Assembly: GCF_004010195.1 (NCBI RefSeq)
Contig: NC_057750.1
Coordinates: forward strand, 1,710,606 to 1,774,605
Origin: Chiloscyllium plagiosum
Lineage: Eukaryota
Direction: 5' to 3'
Length of the DNA: 64,000 nucleotides
This document shows positions 61,721-64,000 of this stretch, piece by piece. Below the pieces are notes generated by a model, which saw nothing but the letters and a program-made list of their open reading frames with translations, searched no databases and was not told where the DNA came from. The translations under genes and the position numbers were made by a program. The first letter of the stretch is position 1; each line of letters begins with the position of its first letter.

Positions 61721-64000
61721 ACTAAATGTCGGGTACGGGCTGTCGAACGGGGTCGATTGGATGACATTTATTTTTATTTTCTCCTCACCCCCCCTCCCCT
61801 TTTTAGAAACATGTTGGGGTGGGGGAGAGAGAGACGGGGAACGGGAAGAGGAGGGTTAGGCCTCGAACATCACTTGAGGGAGGGTAGGGTAGGGTAGGGA
61901 AGGGGTGATGGGTGTTGAAGTGCCTCCGTGACGGGCTGAGGGTTGGAGGGGTTTGGCTGTGGGGCTGGACAGAGGGTGTTGACCATTCCCCTGGCCTGGA
62001 AAGGGAGGGGAGTAAAACCACAAACATCTCATGTCTCTGCGTGTGTGGGAAAAGGGGGGAGGGAGAGGTGGCTGTGAGGAGAAGCCAAAGCTGCTCAGCC
62101 TCACGTTTTATCATTTATCTCCCACTCACTCTCACAACACACCAAATAAAAACCCACCCCAGTTCCCAAGGCAAACCTACTCCATCCTGGTGGAAAGTCT
62201 GAGCGTTGGTATGTAGATCTTCTCCCTCTTTTGCCTCCAGATCTGCTTCCCCGCCACTTTTTTTTATTCTATTTTTTTTTTATTTTGTTTTCAAAGGAAT
62301 TTCAGTCTGGTATTCTTTCTTTGGTTCTTTTTTATACCCTCTTGTGGGAAAGCATATTTAAGGGAGGAAGATTACTTTTACTCTGAAATAGAACTCATTG
62401 CAGCATTTTAGTGAGTTTGATTGAAAAAAGATTGCATGACACAGCTGAACTGTTCGTGTCATCACTTTCAGATCATTTTGTAGCTTAAAAAAGAACTGGT
62501 CCTGTTCTATTTATAATTTTGGTGTCCTGCTATATCTACCTAAAAGTTATAAATATCAGTGTGTTGTCAAGAGTGTTTTTTGTGTACACAGTGTATGATT
62601 AGTCTAAAGAATGAATTTTACATCTATTCAAAATATTGTATGTGAGTTGTTCGGTATGGTGAACTTCTCTTGTTAGGGAGTTTTAGCATATTTTAACATC
62701 TATTAAACTTGATGTCAAAAAGTTATGATTAACAAGTTTAATATTTTTGAAAAGCACCTTGGCTAACTTTATTAGTACAGTTTTTGTTGTGGTTGGCTAA
62801 CTGCAACCTGTGAGTTACCTGTTGCTCATGATTATCTGCTGATGTGAATTATGAATTAACAACTGATGGTGAAAGGAAACTGTTCTCACTTAAAGGCTGA
62901 ATGCCAATTACATTCAACGTTTCAGTTTATTGTTGAGTATTCCAAAGTAGTATGACTTTAAATATGGTAAGATGATTAATATTGAGTGCTGTACCTTCCC
63001 ACTTTGGACATAATGTGAACATGAAATAATTCCTCATTAAAATATACAGTGGATCCCCCTCCCCTCTCTCTCTCATGCCTGAACACTGGTGAAACCTGGG
63101 ATTGGCTACAATCTAAATTTTGCTGTACCCATTCAGAGTTAGATTTCTGAATTGAGGATTTTTTTTGCTGTGAGCTTCATGTTGTGAATGCATTGAGACT
63201 GTCAAGAAGTCTGGCTTGACAGTCTTGTGCTTGGGTTTTCTTTGCTCCCAGGGCAAAATGTTTATTCTGGGTTTGAGCCCAACTTTGGAGGGTTCTTTTA
63301 TATTGAGCCATAGAAGAGAAATTCATTTTAGATTTATTATTTGACAAGTGCTCCTTGGATGCTACCTGACCTGCTGTGTTTTTCCAACACCACTGTCATC
63401 TAGACTCTGATTTCTAGCATCTACAGTCCTCACTTGTGCCTTATTATTTGATAAGTTTATTGAGAATGCTTATTTGCTGCACTTGATGTATTCTGCTTAT
63501 ATATATGCTGCTTCTGACTTGTACCAACCAGGTGCCCTTTTTATTCATCTGAGTCTTTGTGGCGATTATCGTTGGCTATTCAACCGTGTGAGGTAGCCTG
63601 GTCAATAATGAGAGCAGGGTTGCTGGCTGGTTTCTTTTCCATAATCGAGACTCACCAAAGTAAGCTTAACATCAGTCTCCCATCTCTGCACCTTGGTGAG
63701 GACCTCAGCCGGTAGTTAACAACGATCTTTCTGGAAGAGTGCAAGTGTATTTGGTAGGTTGGGTGTCAGCAGTTAGTCTAATCTGGCTGATGGCCCAAAA
63801 TGTGGGCTTGGGGGCAGTGATATGGAGTTTGGGGTGGGGTTGTGTGGCTCTTTTTAAAATTCTGGCAGCATAGTATTTGACTAACTTGAGAAAGGCAGTA
63901 ATGACACCAAAAGCATCTGATACTTTCAAAATAAGTCTCAGTTTTCTTTGTTGGTTGAATCTGTTTCATCTTTGCAATTCCTCTCCAGTATCTATCACCA

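Noticed and set aside
60977..62216. ORFs across the CpG-rich region
   Set aside because: GC-rich promoter and first-intron sequence, partly CR1-derived, with no recognisable protein motifs.

Overview
Eukaryotic, repeat-rich genomic DNA, most likely from a cartilaginous fish (inferred from HE1/V-SINE- and SacSINE/Deu-like SINEs and CR1 and Penelope-like families typical of sharks). One complete protein-coding gene can be reconstructed by hand: glia maturation factor gamma (GMFG), minus strand, 7 coding exons (52945->34511, 429 nt, 142 aa). Its intron 4 is a minor-spliceosome (U12) intron with unusual AT-AG termini. A CpG-rich promoter and non-coding first exon at ~61.3-61.7 kb fire divergently on the plus strand; by human synteny this is probably SAMD4B. 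The rest is decayed LINEs (CR1, CR1/L2-group, RTE, Rex1/Babar), SINEs, solo LTRs, satellites and three assembly gaps. The most striking non-genic signal is four distinct Penelope-like short-element families, each carrying a minimal hammerhead-ribozyme core. They are repeatedly inserted as head-to-head inverted pairs with 10-15 bp target-site duplications, including a ~218 bp fold-back in GMFG intron 6. Nearly all ORFs in the supplied track are repeat-derived or spurious. TE boundaries are approximate; GMFG exon boundaries are exact.
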